64,000 bases of DNA. Source: Somniosus microcephalus (lineage: Eukaryota). The translations under genes were made by a program, and so were the position numbers. The first letter of the stretch is position 1; every line of letters starts with the position of its first letter. Below are positions 13,526-26,430 of this stretch, one piece after another. The notes beneath the pieces were generated by a model that did no database searches, had not been told where the DNA came from, and saw only the letters and a program-made list of their open reading frames with translations. The stretch spans positions 138,198,001 through 138,262,000 of the forward strand of contig CM126214.1 in NCBI GenBank assembly GCA_052327205.1, read 5' to 3'.

Positions 13526-15871
13526 CTCCACACTGCCCGTCAACTTTTTCCATCAAATCCACATTCATAATGGCAACAGCATATGTAAACTTGTCACACT
13601 AGTTACAGCCTCCCCCAGTGGAGACAATACAGCACAACTGGCAAGAGGATGCAATTACAGCGAGAAGTTTATATAGCCAGTTGCTATTCTAATAAAGTGT
13701 AAACCTAGGAAGACATTTACCATTGTAAATTGCTGGGGTACAAGGCAGCCCACTGTCACCTTAAGGGCAACTAAGCGATGGGCAATAAATGCCAGCCTTG
13801 CCAGAGACATCCACATCCCAAAAAACCCCATTCATTTTGCTGCATCAACTTCCATGATGTAGCTGCAAACTGTGGCCACTAGATGGATCTGTGGACAATG
13901 GAGACATTTTCCCAACTCATCATCTGGTATATTAATCAGCTGATCCTGGGCAACACCACAGGCTATTTACTAGTGCTTTAAAATAAAAGCGTGATTACTC
14001 AATACCTTGAGCTTTCATAGAAACCATACCAAAGTGCATTTTGCCCATAAATTTAAACAAATGTTAAGCTTCAAAATGAACAAGAATATCCTGAAGCATT
14101 ATCGGAGCTAAATGTCAACTACTGAAATTTTCTAGATACGAGAAAGGAGTAAAACAATAATGAAACATTGTTTAGAAACTAACATCTTGGACCCACTCCA
14201 AAATATTATATGCACACATTCTCTTCTCCCAACCTCTCCTTTTTTGGACCTACACTAGAGTTGAAATAATAGCTGTAATGATGTTTGCCATTAATGATAA
14301 ACTAGGATATTTGTGATGAATGAGACAAGAGAAACTCATACATACATAGCCTAATTATAAACAGAAGATGGTTACAGGAAGTTAAAGGCAGAAATTCAGT
14401 ATGATTCAGGGGCCATGAGAGAGAGATTGGGGGTTTGTTGACATTTGTAAACCAATGAGGATTAAGATTCACTACCACTTATTCTTTGTGCATACCTTAA
14501 AACTTAAATTTTAACCATGCAACAGGTCCTGATCACAGCAGGTCAAGCATAATGAGGATGACATGGGGTAGGAAGGACTATGGCATGGCCTGAATATGCA
14601 ATACCAATGATCTGCAGTTTTCTCATTGTAATCAATACAATTCTTCCAATTTAGCATGTGCAGGATTGTGAAGTATTTAAGCGCCACAGTAGTACACAAT
14701 CGTCTGTGATCAGTAGTCATAGCCAGACTTTTATTCAGTTGAAGGCCATATTATCAACATGAGTATTGCAATGTCACATGCATTTCTAGAGGTATGAGCA
14801 GTTTGATAAAAAATGGAAAGTGCTTTAACTGCAATAAAATGGCAAAGCACTAGATGGTGCAATCTTACTGCAATATCAATCTGACAATGAGTATGCATTT
14901 ACAGATTAAAAAATGGGTATTATTCATATTGAAAGTTAGAAAGTATGAAAAGTATTTTAAGAAAAAGGGTCAATGATTGAAGGTTGTGGCACATCACTTA
15001 AAACTAAGCATTCATTTTATAATAGTACGATAGATGCAACTGAATCCTGAAAACGCATTAGATCAAATTGTTAAACAATGGTCTGCAAGTCACAGGGAAC
15101 GTAACATTTGAAGTGGATTGTCTTTACAGGAACAAAGTATAAACATACACAATTTCCCCAATATATGCATTTAGCGGTTAAAATTTTAAATCTTTGTTCC
15201 AGGCAGCAGAGAGAAGAAAAAAAGTCACAGCATGGTTTACACTCTTTCACCTTCAGATCTTGCAACAATACCATTAAAAGGAGCATCACTAGCAGTAGCC
15301 AAAATAACCAGTAGAACTGCTTTCAACGTCAAGGCTCTGATGTAAACATTTTTGAGTAATGAGTTGGTCAGTTTTGTGGTCATTTGCAAGAAGGTTCAAG
15401 GCAGTTCCAGTCTCAAACTACAGATAGAAGTTAATTTCAATCCATTCACTGTACCACTAAAGTAATGTCAAACAAGACATTCCTGGCCTCTACATTTAAC
15501 GTACAGCTAATTATCCAATCCATGGTCACAAAGAACAAGGGTATCCTTGTCCAGTTTTAAAGCAGTCGTATTATCATTCTGTCAGGCAGGCTATTTAAAA
15601 GAGGTGCGGCACATGGAGGTGATCACATTACATTCATTCGATACTGCCACATGACAGTAATTAGTTCCCAGTTTTAAAACTTCGGGAAAACAATTTTCAC
15701 GTTAATCGCAGCAACTCATACAGTAGCCCTTCACCAAAATTACTCCCTCATTGGCAAGAGATGAAAAAAAAACACCTATAACTTTTTGCATGGTTCCCAG
15801 AATTAGTTATTCAATATTGTTTCTCCAGTACACACCGTATAGCAAACCTTTGGCATATATCAGAACACTTC

Positions 15872-15902
<31 letters not shown>

Positions 15903-16479
15903 TTCCTTTCTAAAAATTTGAAGAGATAACTGAACAAACTAAGCAATACATTACACCCATGTTGCATCTATGCCAAGGGGGGGGGGGGGGGGGATATTCC
16001 ATTAAAATGTTGTACTGTAGACATGAACATCTCAATAAATAGCTTACTAGTCATGCATAGCCAATAAATAGTGATTATGTTTTGGGAATTTATTTACTCT
16101 TTTCCATTAGATACTGTTGGCTTGTGTTTTAGACTACATTCTAGGAGATCTTGCACCTGGTGGTGGGGCCTTTAAGCTGCTCGGATATCTAGGTAAATTT
16201 GTAGCATGCCCAGGCACAAAGAGAACCCCTTCCGTTTATTTCAGGTAGTGTTTTTATCTGTGCTTTTATATAATCCTCTTATTTCAAAGGCATCAGAATA
16301 TTATACTAGACTTTTGACTTGAGTTTTAACAGCTATACAAATTTATTAAAAATAGCAAAAACAAGTTAGCAACAGTAATGCATTAAAAAAGTTGAGCTAC
16401 CTCCTCGTGCAGTTAAATAAAGCTTGCAACTGCTGTGCGAAACAGTATTATGGAACAGTTCTTTTCCTTTCCTCATCAC

Positions 16480-17015
16480 CTACGGAGTACTGGGAGCAGT
16501 TCTACAAAGGAGATATTGGCCTTGTGCAGCGTGGGTTTACCAGAAAGATAGCCGGACTTCAAAGGGTTAAGTTACGAGGAGAGATTACACAAATTAGCAT
16601 TGTATTTCCTAGAATTTAGAAGGTAAAAGGGGTGATCTGATCGAAGTTTTCAAGATATTAAGGGGAACGGATAGGGTAGAGAAAAGCTATTTCCGCTGGT
16701 TGGGGCTGTTCGGACTTTGGGGGGGGGGGGGGGGCGGCAGTCTTAAAATTAGAGCCAGACCTTTCAGAAGTGAAATTAGGAAACACTTCTATACACAACA
16801 GGTGGTAGAAGTTTGGAACTCTCTTCCGCAAACAGCAAATGAGAGATCAATTGTTAATTTTAAATCTGAGATTGATAGATTTTTGTTAACCAAAAAGGTA
16901 TTATGGGATATGGGCCAAAGGTGGGTATATGGAGTTAGGTCGCAGATCAGCCATGATCTAATTGAATGGCAAAACAGGCTTGAGGGGCTCAATGGCTGAC
17001 TGCTGTTCCTATGTG
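16480..17015 (+). mobile_element. CR1 LINE 3' end
   Basis: LKIRARPFRSEIRKHFYTQQVVEVWNSLPQ and a CR1 3' UTR. Confidence 0.9.
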
Positions 17016-17814
17016 GAAGCAATTTTTAACTGATTTAAGCAAGACAGCTTGATAAATACTTTTTTTTTTTTTTTAAAAGAAGTTACCAGGACCAAACATA
17101 TTTAAAATAGTTTCAAATTCACATTTGATCAAAACCCACAAAATGTATTTGAATCGAATGGCTTGGACCCTTCCTCAGACATCAGGCAAAGGCAAACCAA
17201 TTAAAACCTGTAATGGAATATGATTTCTAAGTGAAGTGTGTGTTAATCACTTATGAATATTAGCATAATGTTAGAAGCCAAGAACACAAAAGTGCTTAAA
17301 ACAAAAAAAACATTGTGACACATTTAACAGTTTTAAGACAATATACTCCACTCCAGTTCCTGGTTTTTATTGCTATACATTTCAAATACATTGACATATA
17401 AGTAACCAAACAGGAGTCTAAGAATCTGAGATTTAATGAAACCTTTTAAATATTGTAGCCCAATATTCTCACTCCTTAAAAAAAATGTACGCTTCACATT
17501 TGTTTTAACCGCTACCCACTGTCCCTCAAGACATGAATTAATTGGAGAGAACCCAATTGCACATTTTAGCAAGAAACCACTTCTTTCTAGGTGTACACTT
17601 TCAAACCTTAAAAGACAATTTTTTTGGAAGGCTACTAAATTTGACAATAGATCACCAAAAATGTGGGCTCTTCTATCTTGAGATACTGTGGCAGAAGTTT
17701 GCACAGATTCTTATCCAAGAAGAAAGAATTTTCAAATTCAGAAAATTGAGTGTTGGCAAGAAATGTAAACGAGCATTAGACCCAAGCATCCCAATAGGTT
17801 TATAACCTTCCTAC

Positions 17815-19588
17815 CTGATGAAAGTCCTTCTCCTAGTACTCCATCTTCTGAGCCCTCTTCAGAGCCCTCCTCAGGTTTGTCAGCTCCTGGGCTATGGTCT
17901 TCAATTGTTGTAACGGAGTCTATGGATTGAGTGCCAGCTTCACTGCCATCAACTGAATTTGGAGGATTCTCCACACTTTTCCTGCCTTTCCGGTGTACTC
18001 GGGAGTGGAGCACTAACTGATGGTAGGTTCTAAAAATCTTACCACACATTGCGCAGTTGGTCGGTTTAAGTTTATTCTGGGTCAATTTCGAGTCAATGTC
18101 CACATCTCCCATTGGAGGCAGTCCATTCTGGCCTAGACTGCTGTTTTTGATTTTAGACTTTTCTAGGTTCTCCAAGGTAGGACCATGATTGCCTTTCTCC
18201 ATGGTCCAATGCTCACTGGAATCCTCTTTGTCGGAAGGTTCCTCTTCATTCTCAGAGTTTGCCATTTGCCCTGGATCTTTCACATTCTCTCGGCCAACTG
18301 CCACTTTTCCCTTAGTAGCCAGCTGCCAAGCTTGGTACGTATTGAAAGGATCAAGTTCAGATATCCATTTTCCCAGCTTCACAGGCTTGTTACAATTGTG
18401 TGACAAAAGGGGATTTAAATTCAGCATCTGCAGGAATGCTTCCTGCGATATCGCAACTTCCTGATTTAAGGAGTAATCGTCCAGTCTATCATCATCGGTG
18501 AGATCTTTGTTGTGAACTTTACTATGTTCTTTCAAGCTGTCTTTATTAGGGAAAAGAAATCCACAAACCATGCACATTTTGTAAGGAGAGGCAACGTTTC
18601 CTGAAATTGGTTCTTGCATAGCAACATTATTGATAGTTGCAGGACCTTCTGAATCCTGCTGTGATTTGCCCCTAGCTTTACTCGAATGCGTTCGCATATG
18701 GTTTTTTAGAAACCAAGGCTCCTTAAAACGTCGGCCACATACATTACAACCATAGGTAAATGAATCCTTGTGTTTCCTCATGTGTGTTTCCAGACTCAAA
18801 GCACTCTCGCAGGACAGTCCACAAACTTTACAGCTGAGCTCACCATCTTTGTTTTCATCATTTGCCTCTTGTTCTGGAGAACTTGCTGTAATATGCACCT
18901 CTTCGATAGGACTCAACCCTTCCTCCACCTGGAGGACTGCGGGCTCACATAGCGTAGGCCTGTGCTGAATCACTACATGGTGACGGAGTTCTTCCGAGTG
19001 TTGAAAGCCTTTATTACAAAACATACAAGGCAGAGGTGGACATTCTTCAGCTTGAACTGCAACATTTCCTTCCAAACCGTCAAAAGACAAAGCAACACCA
19101 TTTATTGGCTGATCAGTCTCAATCATGTCAGCATCATTAGGCCTGATGCTATTAGACAAAGTATTTGGGCTAGCAAAGCTTGTAGGTGACAGATTGGCCT
19201 TATTTCTTCCAGTTTTTCTTCCTTGTTGCAAATGGTCTAGTTTGTGCTTTCGAAGATGAATTTTCAAATTTGATTTCTGGGACGTTCTATGGTCACAAAA
19301 GGGACACTTAAATGGCTTTTCATTTGTATGCATGTGCATGTGCTGTGCTAAAAGGCTACTGAAAGGAAAGCACTGGTCACAAATTGAACAATGATGTTCA
19401 ATAGAATTTTTTGCATCAGAAAAATCACCAAGTGTTAAGTTCACATTTTCTTCGACATCCACAGATGTTTTCATTATGGAGCTCTCCGTAGATTTCATCA
19501 CAAATTCATGAGTAGGCTGGTCAGTAAACCAAGGCATAAGCTCTTCTTCAGATGTTCTTTCCTGGTCGTCTTGATATTGTATTCTCAT
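17815..19588 (-). CDS. ZNF217: Zinc finger protein 217, first coding exon (591 codons + 1 nt; 7 C2H2 fingers)
   Basis: ORF 17738..19639 has ZNF217 hallmark segments CMFC...QHRPTLCEPAVLQVE, HKDSFTYGCNVCGRRFKEPWFLKNHMRTH, PYKMCMVCGFLFPNK, LDPFNTYQAWQLATKGKVA and CGKIFRTYHQLVLHSRVH. First in-frame ATG is at 19588 (true start not proven). Phase-1 donor TCAG|GTAGGA at 17815/17814. Candidate acceptor TCTGCTTTCAG| at 19691/19690. Confidence 0.93.
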
Positions 19589-20059
19589 CACATTATTTTG
19601 AGACAATACAAAGCTTTGGAGTTTCAATTTCAATCCCAAAAGCTTGCTTTTCTTGTGTCCTTGTACTTACAGATGCAGGGGTTTCAATTGCTGAAAGCAG
19701 AATACAGAGCATTCAAAATAAGATTAAAACTATCATTTAAACCGTTAATATATTGTGCAACAAAAGAACTGATTGTTTAAACAATATGCTTCAGTGCCAA
19801 AAATAACTATGGATGGTAAAAAAAGTTCCAATTCAAAACAAGATACTTTGCACAAATTTGTATAACTACTTTCCACTGCAATGTAAACGTCAGGGACATA
19901 AAGAATAATAAGATTAGAAAATCCAAACCAAGTTACTCTTTGGCAGGCCTTATCAAAGGCAGCCCCAGCTCGAAACCTAGTAAACATTCACTTCTATGCA
20001 GTTGTTTCTGCTAAACTGGAGACCTGGAAGTCGGACTCCATTTTTCCTTTGGACTTATC

Positions 20060-20755
20060 GGCCTGGATTTTGTGGCAGAAATAATGGTGAGGCTATCAGC
20101 TCACCATCATTAAAGTGTAAACCGTACAGCACAACAGCATGCGGAAGTCAGGAAGTTGTTGTCAGAGTTGCCCTGCTCCTCCAGGAGCTTCACTATACCA
20201 ATATCTCAAGAGACTCTGTTCAAAACCCATGGAATGCGTGAAGCTGCTGTACCTACATGATAAATACCCACTAAACTCGAGAAAAAATGAGGGCTCGTCT
20301 ATTCTAGTGCAAGTAATCTTTTAAAAATGCTGTGATAAGTCTTCATTACTTCCAAACAACCTCGCTGGCACTGAAAATTAACTTTTACATGTATGGAGGC
20401 TCAATCCTTCAGCTTTTAAAAATTGTTTTGTATTTTATCTTTCTTTTAATCCCATCTTTCTTCCCCTTTTCACTTTCTGTATATGAGTTGGCATTGAATT
20501 AAATATACTTAAACTTACACTTCCTGGTTCAGACTCTGCACTGCTCATTAACAATGCTTCAATCTGATTGGTCCAGGAGAAGGAGATACAGTTGCCTGTC
20601 CTGTTCACACAAGTCCTAGATCCCCTGTGGAGGCCGCTGTGCCAAAACGGCTTTCTAATTACAGCAAGTTCCAGAGAGAAAGTCCATAGAAAGTTTGCTG
20701 CAAGTATAATGAATGGCTGGCGCAGTTTGTTCACCGCTGACTGCAAAATCCAGCC
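20060..20755. mobile_element. MITE-like non-autonomous DNA transposon, about 700 bp
   Basis: Ends GGCCTGGATTTTGTGG and CTGCAAAATCCAGCC are near-inverted repeats. No ORF. Confidence 0.6.
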
Positions 20756-23487
20756 AATGTTTCACTGCAGACTAAAAGACAGACTCATTTCCCAGTCTGG
20801 CAACTGGCATACAGCATCTTCTGGGCATGTTTGTCCCAATGTCATTAGTCAAATCGGAGAGGCGAAAATACTTACTGAAATTTCTTAAAATGGGAGTGTC
20901 CTCTACTCAGATTTCTGGATTCTCCAGTTTTGCCTTTGAAGCCAACTGTAAACATTAGAAGTTCTACTTCTAACAAAAGATATAGATTTACTGGAGGTTG
21001 CGGAGCTGTGGCCAGATTACCAACAACTGACAATCTGGGGAAATATACAATTTCCAGTTTCTCTATAGCAATATTCAAGAACTCAGTAAAATATTTTGAA
21101 ATAGCTTGATAAAGATTAAGGTTAGTAGTCAGTCCACAGGTTTCATTACCAATGCAATCAATTTATATGTGGAAAAAAGTTATATACACAACTTGAGAAA
21201 ATCTACCAAACTTTTCTGACCGATAACCACAACTGCCCTTAATTGGCTGGACCACCCTAAAATAAATAAATACTGCTTCGCCCTCTGCAACTAAATCTTA
21301 TTAATTCCAGAAGGCAAAGGAAATCACTATACTCCTCTTCACCTCCCGAGCTCCCTCCCCACCCCCGCCCGGGTCCTGCCATCAGCATAGAAGACACCAG
21401 TTCTGAGGAACTATGTCTGCATTCACAAAATTAAGGCTATGCACTCAACTCCTCCTTCAGGCCCCCCAGTCTCCTGGACCATTCCCAGCTCTAACTTCAA
21501 TACTATACCGCCACCCACCATTACTCATCTTTGCCAATGAGGCCTATCTCATGTTTCCCTGATTCTACTCCCCCACCAAAGACACTCATAACAAAAAGGT
21601 CTTGAAATCAAATTGTTAACTTCCATAGTTAAAAGACCCCACCTCAGGGAGGTTGTTTCCAACAAGACCAGAAAATAAAACAATGCCCAGCTAGCTGCAG
21701 TTTCCAAAATGTTGCCACTTGGTGGCACTGTAACAAAATTCAACAAGTTCATGATTTTGGGTTTTACTGGTTCAGTGTTCACCAGCCCTCACCGACAATC
21801 TCCGCTCCCAACCCGACAATTTTTCTAGTTTTAGTATAAATGGGCATTTTCTCAGTCTTTTTAAATTAAAAAAAATACGCCATCAGTCAACAGCAAAAAG
21901 AGACACAAAAAAAGTGACTGGGGTCATTGTAAATATCCTGCGAGCAATGAATGTGTATGCATTCGGTACGGAAAACAGAAGTGGAGCAATGTGCACATAC
22001 GAGGTATAGAAATATAAATTTATTTATTTATTTATTTTTTAAAGATGTAACTATTCAAGATTGTGTTTGGTAGAGTTTTATTGCTTAAAAATCCAAAAAT
22101 GACAATTATTTTTTGTTGAAAACAAATCTATTCATAGGAAGGCAAGAAAGAGTATTTCAGCATCAGCCTGTATGTAGTGTTGGGCACTACAACAGTCCAA
22201 GAGTGTTCTTGATTCTCATCATATTCTTTTTAGTGATAAGACTGAAACAAGGCCATCTCCAACCACTTCCTTGTACAACTCACCACTTATATCCACCCCA
22301 GGAAAAAAAATTCCCATGCAACTTACAACAGCACTTTCAAGCTGACAACTGCCACGCCTTTGGCCCTCCATTTGCCACAATACCTCTGCAGCTGTTGATT
22401 TGCTCAACTACTCCCTGTCCCCCCCCTCTTTGATGCCCTTACCCCGAGCAAAACTTTAATCTCCCATCCTGGTCGTTCTTCATAGTATACCTCCCCCCCA
22501 CCCCCAAAACCGTCACTCAAGTCTAAGGGATGCAGACTTCTGTATTTAGCGGACAACTGGTTTAGTTTGCTCTGGTCCGGCTCTACTTGACATGCGTTTC
22601 CTGCCAAAAATCACACACAGCTGTAGGAGCCTGCTGGAGAGCAAGGATAACCACCTGACTTCTTTTCTCCAACTATCAATCGTCTCATGATCCCTCTGCC
22701 AAGCCATTCCACTCACCTCCAACAAGAGTTTGTGGATTTCTGTCACTAAGGATACCTGCAGGCCATTGGTTCCCTGCAGATCCCATATGCAACTGCTTGA
22801 ATGTAAAAAGCACCGTACGTCATTCAGCCTGTGTTGATCAGGAACTTTGTAGCCTGACCATTATTACTGTAAGTTATTAAAGAAGGACGTGCTTCTTCTG
22901 CTGATCTAAACTGAAAATGGGGTTAAAAGGAAAAAGGGGGGAAAAAGTGAAAGTTTTTAAAAAAAAAGTAAATATGAAACTCAAAACATTTACAAATAGT
23001 GGTTTTCAAATTTATGTATGGGAGATTGCCTGCAAATATGGAGACATTCCGGAGATCCCTGTCCTCCAAGAGAAGGGCAGCTACCCAAAAGGAAACAAAC
23101 AGTGTTAATATTGCTGAAACCATTTTTGAATAACATTTTCAAATTACCAGTCTAAATGTTGAGTTTCATCATTTACTTCCTTTTTAAAAAAACTCAAGTT
23201 TTTCCAGGTTTAGCCCCATTGTCACTTTACATTAGCAGACAAAAATACTAGTACAGCAAATAAAAGAAATATACAGAAACTCAAACGAGTCCCTAATTTG
23301 AAACTCCATGGTCAAGAGTTTTTCTCCTCTAAGAAACTTCATTCGGGCAAATAATCCACAAAAAATAAGTTACACTACTATCCACATGTACACTTATACT
23401 TTAAAATAAGAAAGTGATCTGCTAATTTAGAGCACAGTGGCATTTCTGATCTCTGCTGCCTGAATAGTGGAGAAAACAATCTTCAGA

Positions 23488-23916
23488 AAAAGAAAAAGGC
23501 TTGCATTTATATAGCATCTTTCACAACCACCAGTCCCAAAGTGCTTTACAGCCAATGAGGTACTTTCTGAAGTGTAGTCACTGTTGTAATGTGGGAAACG
23601 CAGCAACCAATTTTCACACAGCAAGCTCCCAAACAGCAATGTGATAACCAGATAATCTGTTTTTTTAGATGTTGATTGAGGGATAAACATTGACCAACAC
23701 GCCGGGGATAACTCCCCTGCTCTTCTTCGAAATAGTGCCATAGGCTCTTTTACGTCCACTTGAGATGGAGCCTCGGTTTAACATCTCATCCGAAAGACAG
23801 CACCTCCGACAGTGCAGCAGTACTACATTGGGTTTTTGTGCTCAAGTCTGTGGAGTGGGACTTGAACCTTCTGACTCTTGAGGCAAGGGTGCTACCAACC
23901 GAACCACAGCCGACAC
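23488..23916 (-). mobile_element. Deu-domain SINE (SacSINE1-like), near full length
   Basis: Reverse-complement homolog of 13262-13525, with a tRNA-like head (GGTTCAAGTCCC on the minus strand). Confidence 0.82.
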
Positions 23917-24061
23917 AGGCCCGAAGAATCTCAGCTGGAGGTATTTTCTGTGCTGCAAACTGAAGATTGGAGTATTACACATACAGTGCTACAGGCCTCT
24001 GGTGGAAAATCTTGAAGCAAGGCAAACACATTCATTTTAAATCAGAGTACTACATGTGGAA

Positions 24062-24062
<1 letters not shown>

Positions 24063-24098
<36 letters not shown>
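24063..24098. repeat. (GA)n microsatellite
   Basis: About 17 perfect units. Confidence 0.95.
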
Positions 24099-24101
<3 letters not shown>

Positions 24102-25124
24102 CAGTCGTATTTCTTTAATCACACATCATAGATTAATTTGTGCTGGTACTGTTGGAACCTAATGCACACAAAGTGCTTTGTGCAACAGGTGGTATTTGTG
24201 GTTGTGCCAAGTTTACCACACAGCCCATTATTATTTTGTTGCAACATACTGGTGCTAAAAGTTTCAAAATAAGCCACTGTTCTTTCTGTAGAATTGTATA
24301 TTTTGTATCTGGCAAAACACATCCACCCACTTCCATCAGAATACTAAATAAGTTCTGCTGGCTGTACATTAAGCAGTCCTACTGTACAATATTATTCCAC
24401 ATCACTGCTAATCCAGAAATGAGCAAGCTTTTCCAAAGCCTGGAAAAAACATTACTGTAAAGAGAGAAATGTGTGGTCTTTAGAAATATTCCCCCTTTCC
24501 AAAAAAAAGCCAGAATACTAGCATCACATCAGCGAAGGACTTGAACCCACTTCCAATGTTTGATTGAAATTGCAGTTGGTTCTATTCTGTCCATCTGTAT
24601 AAACATTTGTATTTTGGTGCGGCATTCATGTAAATTGGCAACTACACTAAAATCAGAAGCATCCGTGCACTTTCCTTTTAGTAGCCTTGCAGTGACAGTT
24701 TGAGTTTCAATACAATGCTCTAAAAGCCATGGTTAGCTGCAACATTTGGGCTTGTGAAGTTGATGCATCAGTATTACCTACATTATCAGCAATGTTAGTA
24801 CCTCACAATGGATGCATTGGCCTCCTCAAAAGTTTTAAACACGTAACTTAAAACGCAATTTAAAACACAAATTAAACATGCATCATGACAGACACGCATG
24901 CAGTTTTGATGCTCGAAGAGAACGGTATAATCTGACCAGCACAAGTTGAGGCAACAAGACCATCAACATTAGGAGCTTGGCAATTGCTGCGTTCACACTA
25001 AGTGGAGATCAGGATCACCAATTCCCCCAAGTGGGAGACTCGCATCGCTGGGAACAACCCCCAAGTAAACTTACAAAATCCATTAAGTCAGGTCACTGGG
25101 AAGACCTGGTAAATGAGTTTTCCT

Positions 25125-25505
25125 ATAGCAAAATACTGCAGATGTTGGAAATCCGAAATAACAGAAAATGCTTTGCAGCCTTCCGGACTCAATATCGAGT
25201 TCAACAATTTCAGATCATAACCTCGGCCCCTATTAATTTTTTACCTGTAATTTTTCCACTCCTTTCCGACCCCCCCCCCCCCCCAACTCTCTCCTTTTGT
25301 TTCACTCTCCCACCTGGCAGCTATCTCTTGCCCTGCCAGTACACTTCACACCTAATCTCAACCTATTACCATCTCGTCTGGCTTCGAACACCTTTTATTG
25401 TCTCTTCTACTTCTTTTGTCCGATCGCAGCCCTACCTTCGATCTATTTTCTTTTCAGTTTTGACTGACCTGCTGAGTTTTTCCAGCATTTTCTGTTGTTA
25501 TTTTT
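25125..25505 (+). mobile_element. Penelope-like element fragment with inverted terminal segment
   Basis: LQPSGLNIEFNNFRS* resembles a GIY-YIG C-terminus. The 5' end is an inverted copy of the 3' tail. AATGAGTTTTCCT is repeated at 25112-25124 and 25506-25518. Confidence 0.72.
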
Positions 25506-26128
25506 AATGAGTTTTCCTGCCAGCTAGGATTTACAAATCTGGCAAACTTATGCTGGAGATGCCACTGGCTGTGAAAAGTCCACATGTCGAGGACCAAATG
25601 GTGTTGGTACAACCTCCAGAGTCAATTTAAAAGCAGCTGAAGAACCAACTTGAAGTGCTAATTGCCATGGCTGGCCAAGCAGAGTTCAGTTTTGTTTAAG
25701 AATTTTCAAATCAGTAACCTAGCTCTTTCCAGCAGTGGATCAGATTTAATCTGTATTTTTCTAAAATCTAAAATGAACAAAAAAAAACTAAAATAAAAAA
25801 TCTCCACATGCCATACTGTCAAGTGGAAAATCTACACAAAGTATTGCTTGCTTAAAACCTCCAGTACAAACAGTAATGAGAACAAAACAAGCTTTAACAT
25901 TACTTTTACACATTTATACAGTTAGAGGAAGTAGCATTGACCACACTTCCTGTAACAATCCCTCTCATAAGAGAATCAATGTGCACAGTGATTATGGATG
26001 GGAAGTACTGCATTGTATTAACTGCTGCTATATCACTTAACAAATATAAATGCATACTCACTACTCCGGCTTACACTATAAAATTGGTACAATAAGTAGC
26101 CAGTTTGAACAAATCTCTGCCTCTTGTG

Positions 26129-26430
26129 CAGTATTGTCCAATACATTAGCCACATGTGGCTAATTGGGAATCCAGATGTGGCCAATTGCATTTTTGATTA
26201 ATAGAAAAAGAGACACCCTTGTTGGTCATGTGATTTCATGCCAGAATTCCAAACCTTGGTGAAAGAGAAAGACTGCAAAGTTTCACGCTGAATGGTGGTA
26301 GAAGTTTAAGTAATAATACGTGGTGTACATTTACTTGCATTTTCTACTAGAATTAGCGCATGTGGCTAAACAGTGTAACTAACCCTAACTACACCGGTGA
26401 CTAGTTAGCGATTTCTATTAGACAACACTG
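26129..26430. mobile_element. hAT/Charlie-like MITE (MER3/MER33-type ends)
   Basis: TIRs CAGTATTGTCCAATA and TATTAGACAACACTG, with internal palindrome TTAGCCACATGTGGCTAA. TSD eroded. Confidence 0.6.

Noticed and set aside
17738-19639. Calling the gene ZNF516 or ZNF536 because of the N-terminal finger pair
   Set aside because: The rest of the protein ([53 protein letters not shown]) and the exon layout match ZNF217.
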